A stretch of DNA of 48,713 bases from Sedimentisphaerales bacterium (GCA_963663965.2 CAXXFK010000017.1:1-48713); one strand, 5' to 3'; shown: positions 1-12,677, counted from the stretch's first letter. The notes: generated by a model not told the origin, from the letters alone. Numbers and translations: made by a program.

Positions 1-20
1 TGTATCTGCATACCAAAGTC

Positions 21-737
21 ATGGGTACAATAGGTATTGCGCTGAGCGAGACCCGGCAATACAAGGAGAATATAACCGAAGCGCTGGCTGAAGCGGTATC
101 ATCGTATATCGCAAGGCATTACGATACAGAAAATCATCATGGCGAAATACCCAGTGATGAAATTCTGGCTATGATTGAAGCGGTTTTATGCGAAACGGGA
201 CATGAAGAGGCGGCATTAAATCTGCGCAATCATGCGGCGAACCGGCAAATGATGAGAAAACGTTTGGAAGTCATACGCTTCTGGCCTTTTGGGAGCGCTG
301 ACCGGGAAACATGCGACCTTCCTGCCACTACTCCATTGAAGCCGGAAAAACGACCAAACTGCTCCACAAAAACCAACAGCAACCCCATAACCGGATCAAC
401 CAATCCGGATGAGACATCCTCCTTTATGTCTTTTTATACTGAACCCTGGAATAAATCTATTATTATAAATGATTTAAAGCTCAAACAAATCCCTGATCCG
501 ATGGCGCGAATGGTTGCCGGCGTTGTTGAGAGTAAAGTATTCAATCTGGGTATACGCAGGATCATGTCATCCGTCATTCGAGAACTGGTCCGCAACGAGA
601 TATGGGAATTGCAGCAAATGCAGGATATCGCCATGCATTCAACCCCCGCCAAAGAAATCGGTGAGCCCGAGTCTGATATTATTGAAACTTTAGAGAACTC
701 CGATAATTCCACAAAACGCGTCATACGCGAGACTTGA
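21..737 (+). CDS. Protein with two ATP-cone-like segments, probably 5'-truncated by the window edge
   Basis: Frame is open back to position 3. Segments ITEALAEAV..IPSDEILAMIEAVLCETGHEEAA and WNKSIIINDL..MARMVAGVVESKV..SSVIRELVRNEI both resemble ATP-cone helices. Confidence 0.5.
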   Translation: MGTIGIALSETRQYKENITEALAEAVSSYIARHYDTENHHGEIPSDEILAMIEAVLCETGHEEAALNLRNHAANRQMMRKRLEVIRFWPFGSADRETCDLPATTPLKPEKRPNCSTKTNSNPITGSTNPDETSSFMSFYTEPWNKSIIINDLKLKQIPDPMARMVAGVVESKVFNLGIRRIMSSVIRELVRNEIWELQQMQDIAMHSTPAKEIGEPESDIIETLENSDNSTKRVIRET

Positions 738-1125
738 CAAAAACACATTACTAATAGTGACATCCAAACACTACTCCCTGCGGTCTGTAAGCTATTTTGC
801 CTAGTCAATTCCTGAATCCATTATTGGTAATAATCTGATAATGCCTTTCTGAATTGATGACGATCAAAATATACAGCAGTTTATCTTGTAGTCTGAAACA
901 GGCGCAAGCAGGATTAACCAAAATGAAGTAACTTATCCGGGCGTTATTCTGCTGTTTATCTGACCAGCACTTTCGAGAAATTAAAACCCGGCCCACCTGG
1001 GCAGCCCTGCTTTGTAACTTTTTTATAAAACATAAATTTTTAATTACGTAATAGCCAATATTCAGTTATTTTATAAGCTGATAATCCTATATGACAGGCA
1101 TAACCAGCAACAGGAATCCAGCCAC

Positions 1126-2241
1126 ATGAAAAATATATTTTTATTCATATTGATGATAATCCCGATCACAGGAATGCTACACACAGCGGAGGGCCAGCCC
1201 CTTTCCTTAAAGTCGACTGAAAGCGAACAATCTATACAACCCCAACCGGAAACGCCCGATAAAATTGTGGTCACCATCAATGGCCATGATATCAAAGACA
1301 GCGATGTTGAATCCCGTTTCCAGTGGATGCTGCAATCTTTTGGCAAACAAAAACTGAGTGACAAACAAATTCAGTTTTACCGCACTTATTCTCGTTATCG
1401 GTTGATCGATATGCTGGCCAGGGCGGTCATTTTCGAACAGGCTTGTCAAAAAAGGGGCTATACGATCTCCGATCAGGATCGTCAAAAGCAATTAAATCTT
1501 ATTATCGAACAGACCATGAAAACCAACAACTGGTCAAAAGATGACTATGAGAAAGCCGTTCTGGCCGGTGGTGTCACGCGAATCGAAGAAAAACATGAGC
1601 AGCTGATGAACGATCCAAGCTTTAAAGAGTCCGTCTTAGCCAACAAACTTTTAGAATTGGAATATCCAGGCTGGGAGAAAATTGAACCCAAGGCAGTCAT
1701 TGACTATTACGCGGATAATCTTCACAGTGAATTTACCGAGAAGGAAACCGTCCGCGCCCGCCATATCCTGTTTAAAACACAAGGACTGGACGAAGCCAGT
1801 ATCGAGCAGATCCGCGAGAAAGCCCTTTCTGTTCTGGACGAAGCCAAGCAGCCAGGCAGTAATTTTTCCGAACTGGCTAAACGGTATTCGGAATGTCCTT
1901 CAGCAACCAATGGCGGCGATGTCGGGTACTTCGTACGAAACACCGGGCCACGCCGACCCAACGAGCAACGGATGCTGCCGGCATTCAGCGAAGCGGCGTT
2001 TGCCCTGGCACCCGGCGAGATCAGCCATCTGGTCAAGACATCCATTGGCTTTCATATCATTCAGGTGATCGACAAAAAACCAGAAACGGTCTTATCCCTG
2101 GAACAGGTTCGGGGTCGTATCGAAGTCGAACTCTGGCAGAAAAAACGCAAAGAACTACTTGACCAGTTATTTAATAAACTCGAAGATGAAGGGGATGTCA
2201 CCTGGTATGAAAAAAAACCTGAAAAACAAAGCCAGCCATGA
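1126..2241 (+). CDS. Exported parvulin/PpiC-type peptidyl-prolyl isomerase (PrsA/SurA-like foldase)
   Basis: Signal peptide and SurA-like N-domain. Rotamase motifs VRARHILF, FSELAKRYSECPSATNGGDVGYF and FSEAAFALAPGEISHLVKTSIGFHIIQV. Confidence 0.9.
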   Translation: MKNIFLFILMIIPITGMLHTAEGQPLSLKSTESEQSIQPQPETPDKIVVTINGHDIKDSDVESRFQWMLQSFGKQKLSDKQIQFYRTYSRYRLIDMLARAVIFEQACQKRGYTISDQDRQKQLNLIIEQTMKTNNWSKDDYEKAVLAGGVTRIEEKHEQLMNDPSFKESVLANKLLELEYPGWEKIEPKAVIDYYADNLHSEFTEKETVRARHILFKTQGLDEASIEQIREKALSVLDEAKQPGSNFSELAKRYSECPSATNGGDVGYFVRNTGPRRPNEQRMLPAFSEAAFALAPGEISHLVKTSIGFHIIQVIDKKPETVLSLEQVRGRIEVELWQKKRKELLDQLFNKLEDEGDVTWYEKKPEKQSQP

Positions 2242-2393
2242 GATCCGGCATTGCCGGAGTCCCTCAAGACGATCAGTTACAACCGATAAACCCTGAAGAT
2301 GACTGGTTGCCGCTGATTCTGATTTTGAATTAACTATGCCATACCAACAGATACTATGCGAGTAATTAAACTGGTTCAATCGATATCGATATC

Positions 2394-4412
2394 ATGGAAC
2401 CCCCGAAAACCCTATCACCGCTTTCGCAATTACTGCTTGACAATGAAAACTGGCTGATCAGGCGAATTCTTTATTACGCGAAACTTCATCAATTTACCCA
2501 ATACACCTCTACCCTGGAAGAAGCCTGGCGTATCAGCATCAGCGGCCTGACCCATTCATTGATCGAGGGTATCAAACGCAATCATGCCATTCCGGATTTT
2601 GGTCCGGATGAGAGTTTCCGCGACGATCCCTTAACCGATTTTGGCGTGATCGAAGCCCAGCGCCATCGCAAGCGCGGCATTACCCTGTCCATGTTCCTGG
2701 GGCTCATGAAATATTACCGTCAGGCTTATGTTGACCTGGTCGAAGAACTGGACACGATTGCAAATCAGAAGAAAAACCGGTTATTAATTGAGCGAAGCTT
2801 CGACCGGATTGAAATCGCTTTTTGTCAGGAATGGGCTCAGACCAGCCAGGAAGTCCGTCTCAATGAGTTGCAGAACACCAACCGGATCATGACCAACGAG
2901 AAGAACGCCTATCTGACGGTATTTGAAAGCCTGATCGATCCGGCGATTCTGGTGGATGGCACCTTGAATATCATCAATTTGAATCATGCGGCAGCCCAGC
3001 TGATCGAACCGGACCGAATACCCGGTTCGGATTATTATCAGGACAGCTTCGACAGCGAACAGTGGGGCAAAATATCTTCACTTGAGAAACGACAACCTTG
3101 TATCGGGCAGAATCTTGACACCCTTTTTCCCTGGCTGACGATTTTTTTTGATAGCTATAGAAACTGGCAATCCTTTCACAGCGATCAGTTTGAACATCAA
3201 GTGGTCATCCATGGCAACGAACGAATATTCAATATCAGCTGGTCCAATTTACTGGATATCAGTGACCGTTTCACTTCGATCATTATCACCATGAGAGATA
3301 TCACCGAGCAAAAAGCCGCTGAGATTGAGATCAGAACGCGTGAAACGACATTGCAGAGCATATTACGAGCCGTACCAGTTGGCATTGGACTGGTGATCAA
3401 CCGTGTCTTGATGCAAGTCAACGACCGGATGTGTGAGCTCTGCGGATACGAACGCGAGGAATTGCTGGGCCAATCGTCGCGAATACTTTACCCAACTCAG
3501 GACGAATTTGATTGGGTTGGCCGTGAGAAATATCAGCAAATCAAAGAAACAGGCACGGGAACGGTAGAAACCCGCTGGCAACGAAAGGATGGCCAGATCG
3601 TAGATGTATTATTGAGTTCCACCCCTCTGGATCCGTCAGATTTGTTGCAAGGCGTTACCTTTTCAGTACTGGATATTACCGATCGTAAGAGAGCCTTGAA
3701 GGAATTACAAAACACCATGGACGCGCTGAGCGCCAAGAACCAGGAACTGGACCAGTTTGCCTACAGCGTGTCCCACGATCTAAAAAATCCTCTGATCACC
3801 ATCAAGGGAATGTTCAACTGGATAAAACAAAGTATCGCCGAGAAGAAACTCGATACTCTGGAAGAAGATTTTAAATTTATCGATGACGCCTGCCGTAAGA
3901 TGGAACGGTTGCTGGACAGCCTGCTGCAATTATCCCGGCTGGGCCGGACGCTGGGCGAGCCCGAGGCAGTGATGATGGCGGACATTGTCCACAATGCGCT
4001 GGAATCATGCCGGGGCAGTTTGACACAAAGGGGCGTTCAAGTCATGATAAAGGATCCTCTGGGCCAGGTCTTATGCGATCCGCTGCGTATGAGACAGGTA
4101 TGGGAGAATTTGATTTCCAACGCCATCAAATTCATGGGCGATCAACCAGAACCCATGATTGAAATCGGGTGTTGTGAAAACAAGAATAACATCTATTACA
4201 TTCATGACAACGGCCTGGGCATTGAAAGCCGGCATTTCGACATTATATTCGACTCATTCTCTCGCTTGAATAACCATGTAGGAGGCAGCGGCCTGGGACT
4301 GGCCATGGTCAAACGAATCGTCCAGGCTCATCGTGGGAAAATCTGGGTGGAATCGGCGGGCATCGGACAGGGCAGTACCTTTTATTTTTACCTGGACAGC
4401 CAACTAGCCTGA
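2394..4412 (+). CDS. Cytoplasmic sensor histidine kinase (helical N-domain, two PAS, HisKA, HATPase)
   Basis: H-box [14 protein letters not shown]-box [10 protein letters not shown]-boxes DNGLGI and GSGLGL. PAS ends RDITEQK and LDITDRK. No TM segment seen. Confidence 0.92.
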   Translation: MEPPKTLSPLSQLLLDNENWLIRRILYYAKLHQFTQYTSTLEEAWRISISGLTHSLIEGIKRNHAIPDFGPDESFRDDPLTDFGVIEAQRHRKRGITLSMFLGLMKYYRQAYVDLVEELDTIANQKKNRLLIERSFDRIEIAFCQEWAQTSQEVRLNELQNTNRIMTNEKNAYLTVFESLIDPAILVDGTLNIINLNHAAAQLIEPDRIPGSDYYQDSFDSEQWGKISSLEKRQPCIGQNLDTLFPWLTIFFDSYRNWQSFHSDQFEHQVVIHGNERIFNISWSNLLDISDRFTSIIITMRDITEQKAAEIEIRTRETTLQSILRAVPVGIGLVINRVLMQVNDRMCELCGYEREELLGQSSRILYPTQDEFDWVGREKYQQIKETGTGTVETRWQRKDGQIVDVLLSSTPLDPSDLLQGVTFSVLDITDRKRALKELQNTMDALSAKNQELDQFAYSVSHDLKNPLITIKGMFNWIKQSIAEKKLDTLEEDFKFIDDACRKMERLLDSLLQLSRLGRTLGEPEAVMMADIVHNALESCRGSLTQRGVQVMIKDPLGQVLCDPLRMRQVWENLISNAIKFMGDQPEPMIEIGCCENKNNIYYIHDNGLGIESRHFDIIFDSFSRLNNHVGGSGLGLAMVKRIVQAHRGKIWVESAGIGQGSTFYFYLDSQLA

Positions 4413-4673
4413 GGACGAATCGTTTCTGGGAGGAACGGGATCATAACCGCCGCGGACAAATGGATGACAGCGGCAAATCCGTTTGACGGCCAGCCAGGAA
4501 CCTTTGACAGGTCCAAATCGCCTGATCGCTTCATGAGCATAGACACTGCAAGTGGGCCAATATCGGCAGGCGGCCGGCAGATAGGGAGAGATGGCCATGC
4601 GATACAGCCAGATAATCCGGCATAAAAATCGGGTCAGCAGATCTGAACGTTTATGGTGCTTGGGAAGGGCCAT
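4404..4673 (-). CDS. yidD: Membrane protein insertion efficiency factor YidD
   Basis: [39 protein letters not shown] signature; lies directly after rnpA. Confidence 0.95.
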   Translation of the reverse strand: MALPKHHKRSDLLTRFLCRIIWLYRMAISPYLPAACRYWPTCSVYAHEAIRRFGPVKGSWLAVKRICRCHPFVRGGYDPVPPRNDSSSG

Positions 4674-4676
4674 TCT

Positions 4677-5111
4677 CTAGCTTTCAATTTTTCGTTTACG
4701 CCAGCGCCGGTCCAAAATCGCGGTTAGACGCATCAGGGATTGACGATAAGGTTCCATTTGCGGCGAGACATTTGAACGCGGCACCAGAACCAGATCGTAA
4801 CCGGAAGGGATTTCATGCCGTGACAAACGGAACGCTTCACGCAGGGTACGTTTATAGCGATTACGCAAAACCGCATTTCCCATACGCCGACCGACTGAAA
4901 TCCCAAGCCGCGGATAATCGCACTGATTGGGCAATAGATAAACAACCAGATACCGGTCTGACGTGCTGACACGAGCATTGAAAACACGTTGAAAATCATT
5001 TGATGATTTCAACCGGTATTTTTGAGAAAAGGTATATCGAGTTACGGGTTTCATTAGCTTAATCATTGCCAGGCCAGACGCTTTATGAATGGAATTCCAG
5101 CCTGAGGCCAT
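4677..5111 (-). CDS. rnpA: Ribonuclease P protein component (true start may be near 5054)
   Basis: RLKSSNDFQRVF, RLGISVGRRMGNAVLRNRYKRTLREAFR (RNR motif) and YDLVLV. Confidence 0.93.
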   Translation of the reverse strand: MASGWNSIHKASGLAMIKLMKPVTRYTFSQKYRLKSSNDFQRVFNARVSTSDRYLVVYLLPNQCDYPRLGISVGRRMGNAVLRNRYKRTLREAFRLSRHEIPSGYDLVLVPRSNVSPQMEPYRQSLMRLTAILDRRWRKRKIES

Positions 5112-5114
5112 GCC

Positions 5115-6523
<1,409 letters not shown>

Positions 6524-6608
6524 CTAAATTATATCGGCAGGACTGAAAATCAACCACGATAAAACACAAACGGGTAGAGACATTTCAGGCAGATAGCCGT
6601 AACTCCTG

Positions 6609-6854
6609 TTATGATTTGTGCTTAAGAAAAATCTCGCGAATTTCTCGCAAGGGATACCCCGAATCGTTCAGTTTTTTAACCAGTTTGACTCTTTCAACGG
6701 ACTTTTCATCAAACAAGCGATGCCCCCCCCTCCCGTATTGAGCAGGTTCCACCAATCCGATCATCAAATAATATTGCAGGGTTTGTCGGGTGACTCCGGC
6801 GGCACGGGCTGCCTGAGATAGACGCAATAATCCCTGGGTTTCAGACGAGTTCAC
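6609..6854 (-). CDS. MerR-family HTH regulator
   Basis: LSQAARAAGVTRQTLQYY..GLVEP..GGHRLF..GYPLREIRE; upstream of the DnaJ gene. Confidence 0.85.
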   Translation of the reverse strand: MNSSETQGLLRLSQAARAAGVTRQTLQYYLMIGLVEPAQYGRGGHRLFDEKSVERVKLVKKLNDSGYPLREIREIFLKHKS

Positions 6855-6939
6855 CTTATCAAACGTATCCTGACAAAAATTAACTTAAGCGTAAAACCTC
6901 CGGCCACCCATTCCTTTCCTGCCAGAGGACTTACCGGCG

Positions 6940-7845
6940 TTATTGCTCGAGCAACTGGACCTTCAGTAATTCAATACTCATGAGATATTTTTCACTGAAA
7001 TTCTGAAATTCATCCCCGGGGACATAGCCGAGATAGACTGGAATGACCAACCCATTATCCAGGGTTTCATAATTACGCACGTTGACGGTGAGGAATTTGA
7101 AAGTCTGGCCATCAATGGGATCCAGATAACGAATGATGATCCGGTCCAGTAGCGAAGTATCGGCATCATACCAGAGTAATAAACTGTCTTTGATTCCCAG
7201 ATCTTTTTTGCCGCGCTGCTTGATAAAAAATCCATCAGCCTGTACTTTGCGATAGATTTTCCCCCCTTTGCGTTCTTCGCCTTGATACCGCAGATTAATA
7301 TTATCATCCAGTAAACCGTAAGCGCCGGTAAGGGCATACAATTCCAAAGTCAGTTTGACCATGGATCCATAAATTTCTTCATTTTCAGATATTCTGGTAG
7401 TGGCATTACCCTGTTTCTGAGTGATCACTGCCATTGATCCGGATTCCATCGATTCGATCACATCAATTCCGGCATCCTGGCTGGTTATCGTGATTTTCTT
7501 ATTGGAAAAGCCAATCTCATGGGTTTGTTTCATCAGAACTTTTCCGCCAGAATCACTGTAAACCGAGGCGATTGCATCGATCTTCAGATTGATGGGCGTT
7601 TCAAATAAATCGCGCCCCCCCAAAGCATCGAAATTCTTGCGAATCATATCCGACAGATCGGGATCGCCGAGTTTACCCAGCTTAACAGCCAGGGATTCAT
7701 CGGGTTTGGTTGCACACCCCCCCAGGATAAATAAACAAACCATTGCTAATACAGTCATAATATTCAGACCAGTATTCTTGTTGCACATGGGGAATACTCC
7801 AGTTATCGATGATTTCAGGTTTGTGAATACAGGTCGGCTACGCAT
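6940..7845 (-). CDS. Putative lipoprotein (start probably downstream of 7845)
   Basis: Lipobox-like VLAMVCLFILGGC; beta-rich body with DALGG, reminiscent of LolA-like folds (inference). Confidence 0.6.
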   Translation of the reverse strand: MRSRPVFTNLKSSITGVFPMCNKNTGLNIMTVLAMVCLFILGGCATKPDESLAVKLGKLGDPDLSDMIRKNFDALGGRDLFETPINLKIDAIASVYSDSGGKVLMKQTHEIGFSNKKITITSQDAGIDVIESMESGSMAVITQKQGNATTRISENEEIYGSMVKLTLELYALTGAYGLLDDNINLRYQGEERKGGKIYRKVQADGFFIKQRGKKDLGIKDSLLLWYDADTSLLDRIIIRYLDPIDGQTFKFLTVNVRNYETLDNGLVIPVYLGYVPGDEFQNFSEKYLMSIELLKVQLLEQ

Positions 7846-8269
7846 ACTTCTGGCAGCCTGATAGAATTGATAAGTTTATCGTAAAGCGATTGGAAATGCA
7901 AAACAGTTTTCAGAATCAGAATTCTGAAATATCAAAAAAACGACGAGATAACCAAGTCATTTCAGTTAGATATGAAAATCTTTTCTGTTTTCTTATCTAA
8001 CGCCACCCGGATAATTATACCCAATGGGTATGATGATTCCTGCTCGCTCGAAATTTAACTTGTTACTCGTCAACTAGTTGTCACCCGGCGAAACGGAAAA
8101 ATTCAATTGCAAAGGGTATACAAATTATTTTCAAGTAGTATTAATATCCAGCGCTAAAATACAATCAGTATGACTCCCTGGCAATTCTCCCGGCTAATAG
8201 TACTAAATCCAGTAATATCAAAACAATCGATTAACAATATAAGTCCTTAAATATCCGAATATTAACAAA

Positions 8270-9247
8270 TCAACCGATTTGTCGGTTGCGGAAAATCGCC
8301 ATTCCCAACGCCAGAATGGCAACAATATAACAAAACGCATATAAAGCCGCATGCGACAGATAGTTAAGTTCAACCGCCCGGCCATCATACACCGCATTGG
8401 TTACATTATACATATTTAAAGAAGGGATGATGGTTAATCCGGCCCAGGCAAACCAGCCATGAATGCCTCCCTGTGCAGCTATGGGCCCCAGCCAATACTG
8501 AATGATCGTTCCTAAAACAAAAAATACCGAACACAATATCAATGTCGCAACCAGATTCATTCGCAGTGAAGTAACCACTGCAAAGGCCGCAATGATCAGG
8601 GAAGCTAAAATTGCCAGCAATATTGGGCCTACCAATACTAATTTCATATGATTTTCAGCAGGATTAAATTTCCAATGCGGATCTACTACCAGGAGAAAAC
8701 CCATCAACAGGGTCAGGCAAAACGTGGTTGAGTAAACGGCGGTGGAACTGAAACGCCAATTATAGAAAAAGTTTCCAGCACCCCCAATCAATAGAATCAG
8801 AACTGTGGTGATGGAACCCAGAATAATAACCACCAGATCCGATTCATCACTGGCGCGTTGCATAACACCATGACGGACAACCATCATAACTACAATGGAC
8901 AGAATATATTGCGCCAGAATTAAGGCAAGCGCCACGCCAAGAAATTTCCCAAATACAAATATATTCCTCCCCACAGATTTAGTCACTACGGTCAAAACCG
9001 TTTTATTTTCGATTTCTCTGGATACCACTGACGAAGCGGCAAAAACTGCCAGAAAAAGGCCGGCCACCAACAAAGTTGACAGACAAACGTCACTTAACAG
9101 CATATTATCATCATCCATCGAGAACATGGATAGTGATGGAGTTAAAACGATTAAAAAAATGGCAGCGCCCAAGACGACGGCAAAAACCGGTTGCCGGAGA
9201 ATTTCAGTAAAGGTATTGGCCATAATGGCAAATAAACTGCGAAACAT
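8270..9247 (-). CDS. ABC-2 type exporter permease
   Basis: Multi-TM protein with SREIENKTVLTVVTKSVGRNIFVFGKFLG motif; transcribed divergently from the SPFH operon. Confidence 0.85.
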   Translation of the reverse strand: MFRSLFAIMANTFTEILRQPVFAVVLGAAIFLIVLTPSLSMFSMDDDNMLLSDVCLSTLLVAGLFLAVFAASSVVSREIENKTVLTVVTKSVGRNIFVFGKFLGVALALILAQYILSIVVMMVVRHGVMQRASDESDLVVIILGSITTVLILLIGGAGNFFYNWRFSSTAVYSTTFCLTLLMGFLLVVDPHWKFNPAENHMKLVLVGPILLAILASLIIAAFAVVTSLRMNLVATLILCSVFFVLGTIIQYWLGPIAAQGGIHGWFAWAGLTIIPSLNMYNVTNAVYDGRAVELNYLSHAALYAFCYIVAILALGMAIFRNRQIG

Positions 9248-9355
9248 AATAAAGCCTTTGTCTAAGCCTATGAATTATAATTCGTTACAATAATCTAAAG
9301 ATAGATCAAGCCTGTTTATTGAATCATTGTCGAGGTAAAAAGGCAACTAAGAAAT

Positions 9356-9381
9356 CAGGCCAGAATTGAAATTCTGGCCTG
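9356..9381. repeat. Perfect 12-bp inverted repeat in the divergent intergenic region
   Basis: CAGGCCAGAATT-ga-AATTCTGGCCTG. Confidence 0.6.
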
Positions 9382-9634
9382 CAACTATGAAGAAAGTGAT
9401 GTTGTAACAGGAATAAGGCGTTCCAAATCAGGCTCAAACATCGATTTATACGACAAACGCATCATCCCTGTTCATGAAAATTTGAAGATAAAAATCAAAA
9501 TCAAGAATTCAGTCTATAATTGTAAAAAAAATGAAAAAACTTCCTGAACCTATACCACTATCTACCGTATAAAACAGTCAGACAAGGCCGCCTGGATGTC
9601 CTATAATTACAAAACTTTTTCCAGGCATGGTTTA

Positions 9635-9676
9635 TGACAAACCAATGCTTGCATTGGTGTCAAAAATCGTTATAAT
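9635..9676 (+). promoter_or_regulatory. Sigma70-like promoter with an overlapping palindromic operator candidate
   Basis: TTGCAT (9649-9654), 16 bp, TATAAT (9671-9676). Palindrome ACCAATGC-TT-GCATTGGT (9641-9658) is flanked by TGAC/GTCA. Confidence 0.55.
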
Positions 9677-9783
9677 TCAACGCCTTGTATTCCAAGACAG
9701 AATGATATTTTATCCCGGAACCAATCAACCTGTAATTGCCAATCTCCGTCAATAAAATATGCGTATCCTTACATGAGGCTTCA

Positions 9784-11736
9784 ATGAAATTATCATCAAA
9801 AAGAGCTGAATCGTTATCGATCCTGGCGATGTTCCTTCAGGCGTTATTTTTCCTGTTTTCGCTACTGATCGGCAACTATGTCAATTCACTAGCCGTCAAG
9901 GTCGAAGCCTGGCATTTTCTGGGCGGGGTTCTGATCTGGTTTATCCTGTTTTTACAGTTTCGCCAGCGTCGTCTGGTTGAAGAAGAACGGTTTGACGCGG
10001 AACAGTATGATCGGATGCGGGCCGAAGGCAAAGGCGCTTCCGTATTCGATACGCAAACCCTGGATGACGAGATGCATGTGGCGGAACGTCGCCAGAAGTG
10101 GCTGGAAAAATATCTACTGTCCATTTTCGCGATATTGCAGGCCATTTATTTACTGGGAATCGGTGTCTGGCAGTTTATTGTTGTACGCGCGCCGGAAATT
10201 CAAGTCATGGCCGGTGAAGAAAAAATTCTGCAATTACTGGCTTTTCTGGCGGGTCTGGCGGTCGTCAGCTTCATGTTTTCCTGGTATGCCATTGGCATGA
10301 GCCGTCAGGCGATCTGGCGGCCGATCCGTTCAGGCGGCAGCTATCTTTTCAGCAACGCCCTGGTGAATATCGCGATCGCCATTGTATTAGGAATCTACTT
10401 ATGGTCCGGACGTGAAAACCTCGATAAAATCGCCGCCCTGGTATTAAGTATTGTGATGGCAGTGATTGGCATTGAGATTATTCTCAATCTATTGCTGGAC
10501 GCATTCCGGCCCCGACTGAAGGGCCAATACTATCGGGCGGCGTTTGAGTCACGATTGCTGGGTTTGTTCAGTGAACCAGGCGGTATGTTGCGAACCTTTT
10601 CTCATGCGATCGACTATCAGTTTGGATTCAAAGTTTCGGATACCTGGTTTTATAAACTCCTGGAAAAAGCCATTCTGCCGCTATTGGCGGCACAGGCGCT
10701 GGTCTTATACCTGATGACCTGTTTCGTTGTCGTGCCGGCCGGCCATGTCGGAGTTATCGAACGATGGGGCAAACCGGTCAATCTGGACAACCCCCTGCCA
10801 AACGGAATGCACATGAAGTTTCCGTCTCCAATCGACAAACTGGTCGCCTTCCCGGTCGAACAGGTACAAACGCTGGATATTGGATTTACCCGAAAAGAGA
10901 TCGAACAAAAAGATGGCCGACCGCAACTGGACAATACCCCGATCCTCTGGACCCAGGAACATTGGAAAGACGAATTCCCGTTTATTCTGCCGGGTATCAG
11001 CCAGACCGGTTCATCCGTGATCCCGGTTTCCAACAACAGCGAGATGGTCCTTATCGATAAGCTGGTCGTCGCCATTACCGTGCAATACAAGATAGCCGAT
11101 ATTGAACGCTATGGTTACGCGTTCAGCAATCCGGACCAATTGCTGGAATCGATCTGTTATAACGAAGCGACCCGCTATTGCAGTCAATCAGATATCGAAA
11201 GCCTGCTGGGACCGGGCCGGTATGAAACCTCCGAAAAATTAAAACAGGCCATCAATCGCAGAATTCATGATTACGACATGGGAATTGATCTGTTATCGGT
11301 CAGCCTGAGTTCGGTGCATCCTCCGGTCAAAATTGCAGATGCGTTCGAAAAAGTTATTTCGTCACTCCAATCCAAGCAGGCATCGATCTTAAAGGCCCAG
11401 GGAGAATCCGCCGCCATTATCGCGAGCGCCGAAGCCATGGCGACCATTCGCAACGCCGAGGCTGACGCCTACAAGTTTGAACGGGTGACTGTCGCTCAGG
11501 CAAATTCTGACCGTTTCAGCAGCCAGTTAAAAGCCTGGGAGCAGGGCCAGGGGGTGTATCTGTGGCGTGAATATCTGTCCGTACTGGAAGAGACCATGCC
11601 CGAATTAAGAAAGTATTTTATCGCAGCGGACGATGTTAACCGCTGGGTATATGAACTGGACTTGAAAGAAAAACTTCAGCCCGATATATTCACCGGGCTG
11701 GGATTACCTGAAGAAAAACAGGAGAACCAACAGTGA
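9784..11736 (+). CDS. HflK-like SPFH/Band-7 protein with a large multi-TM N-terminal extension
   Basis: About 7 hydrophobic segments, then VVVPAGHVGVIERWGK, SVHPPVKIADAFEKV and an Ala-rich coiled coil. ATG 9784 follows GAGG; the ORF track starts at 9736. Confidence 0.8.
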   Translation: MKLSSKRAESLSILAMFLQALFFLFSLLIGNYVNSLAVKVEAWHFLGGVLIWFILFLQFRQRRLVEEERFDAEQYDRMRAEGKGASVFDTQTLDDEMHVAERRQKWLEKYLLSIFAILQAIYLLGIGVWQFIVVRAPEIQVMAGEEKILQLLAFLAGLAVVSFMFSWYAIGMSRQAIWRPIRSGGSYLFSNALVNIAIAIVLGIYLWSGRENLDKIAALVLSIVMAVIGIEIILNLLLDAFRPRLKGQYYRAAFESRLLGLFSEPGGMLRTFSHAIDYQFGFKVSDTWFYKLLEKAILPLLAAQALVLYLMTCFVVVPAGHVGVIERWGKPVNLDNPLPNGMHMKFPSPIDKLVAFPVEQVQTLDIGFTRKEIEQKDGRPQLDNTPILWTQEHWKDEFPFILPGISQTGSSVIPVSNNSEMVLIDKLVVAITVQYKIADIERYGYAFSNPDQLLESICYNEATRYCSQSDIESLLGPGRYETSEKLKQAINRRIHDYDMGIDLLSVSLSSVHPPVKIADAFEKVISSLQSKQASILKAQGESAAIIASAEAMATIRNAEADAYKFERVTVAQANSDRFSSQLKAWEQGQGVYLWREYLSVLEETMPELRKYFIAADDVNRWVYELDLKEKLQPDIFTGLGLPEEKQENQQ

Positions 11737-12677
11737 AGAAACATTATTTTGTCATCGCCCTGGGATTCGGAATCGTTGCGATCCTGCTGCTTTACAGTGT
11801 CTTGAAGACAGTACGTTCTCAAGAAAAGGCGTTGGTGGTTTCATTTGGCAAAATTGTTAAAGTCGAAGAGGAACCCGGCCTGAAATTTGTCATGCCCTGG
11901 CAAAAGCTGGTTAAATTCGACACCCGCATCCGTACGCTGGAACAACAGCTGGAACAGACCCAGACCCGTGATAAACAGAACGTGATTGTCTCGGTTTATG
12001 TCAACTGGCGCGTGAGTGATCCGGTGCAGTTTCGTAACCGGTTTTTTGTGGCCGGTCAATACGAAACCGCCGAGGACATTGTCTTCAATGCCGAGGATAC
12101 CATACGAAAAAGCTGGATAGCGGACGCAAAAAACATTATCACGGAATATAACTTCAACGAGTTAATCACCACGAATCCGGATAAGTTTAAATTACCGGAA
12201 CTGGAAAAAGGCACCGGTGATAAAATCGGCGGCATGCTGGGCCGAATGATCGAAAAGACCAGCCAGGAAAACGGCTATGGCATCAAGATAGCAGACGTGG
12301 GCATCCGCCGGCTAGGTATCCCGGACCAGGTAACCGAGTCGGTCTTTAACCGGATGCGGGCCGATCGCGAAGCCGTTGTGGTCACCCGCACCTCAGAAGG
12401 CAAGAAGATAGCCGACGAGACATTGGGAAATGCCAAATCGCAGGCAACCATCATTAATGCCGAGGCTGTTTCCAAAGCCCGCCAGATCGAAGCGGAAGGC
12501 GATGCCGAAGCCGCACAATACTATGCCAAATTCCTGGAACATCCCCAACTGGCAAATTTTCTGCGTAAACTGGAGACTTTGCGTAAGACATTGAGCAAAC
12601 GAACAACTCTGGTTCTGGACAAGAACTCAGCGCCCTATTCGCTCATTCAGGATGGCCCGGAACTACCCAAAGACTAA
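11733..12677 (+). CDS. hflC: HflC-like SPFH protein
   Basis: Single N-terminal TM; ALVVSFGK..EPGLKF, QTRDKQNVIV, GIKIADVGIRRL, VFNRMRADR, FLRKLETLRK. Start overlaps the upstream stop (GTGA). Confidence 0.82.
   Translation: MKKHYFVIALGFGIVAILLLYSVLKTVRSQEKALVVSFGKIVKVEEEPGLKFVMPWQKLVKFDTRIRTLEQQLEQTQTRDKQNVIVSVYVNWRVSDPVQFRNRFFVAGQYETAEDIVFNAEDTIRKSWIADAKNIITEYNFNELITTNPDKFKLPELEKGTGDKIGGMLGRMIEKTSQENGYGIKIADVGIRRLGIPDQVTESVFNRMRADREAVVVTRTSEGKKIADETLGNAKSQATIINAEAVSKARQIEAEGDAEAAQYYAKFLEHPQLANFLRKLETLRKTLSKRTTLVLDKNSAPYSLIQDGPELPKD

Noticed and set aside
7846..8269. AT-rich intergenic region with a short inverted repeat (TTTCAGAAT..ATTCTGAAA)
   Set aside because: No ORF, RNA motif or repeat family could be supported; probably promoter or terminator sequence.
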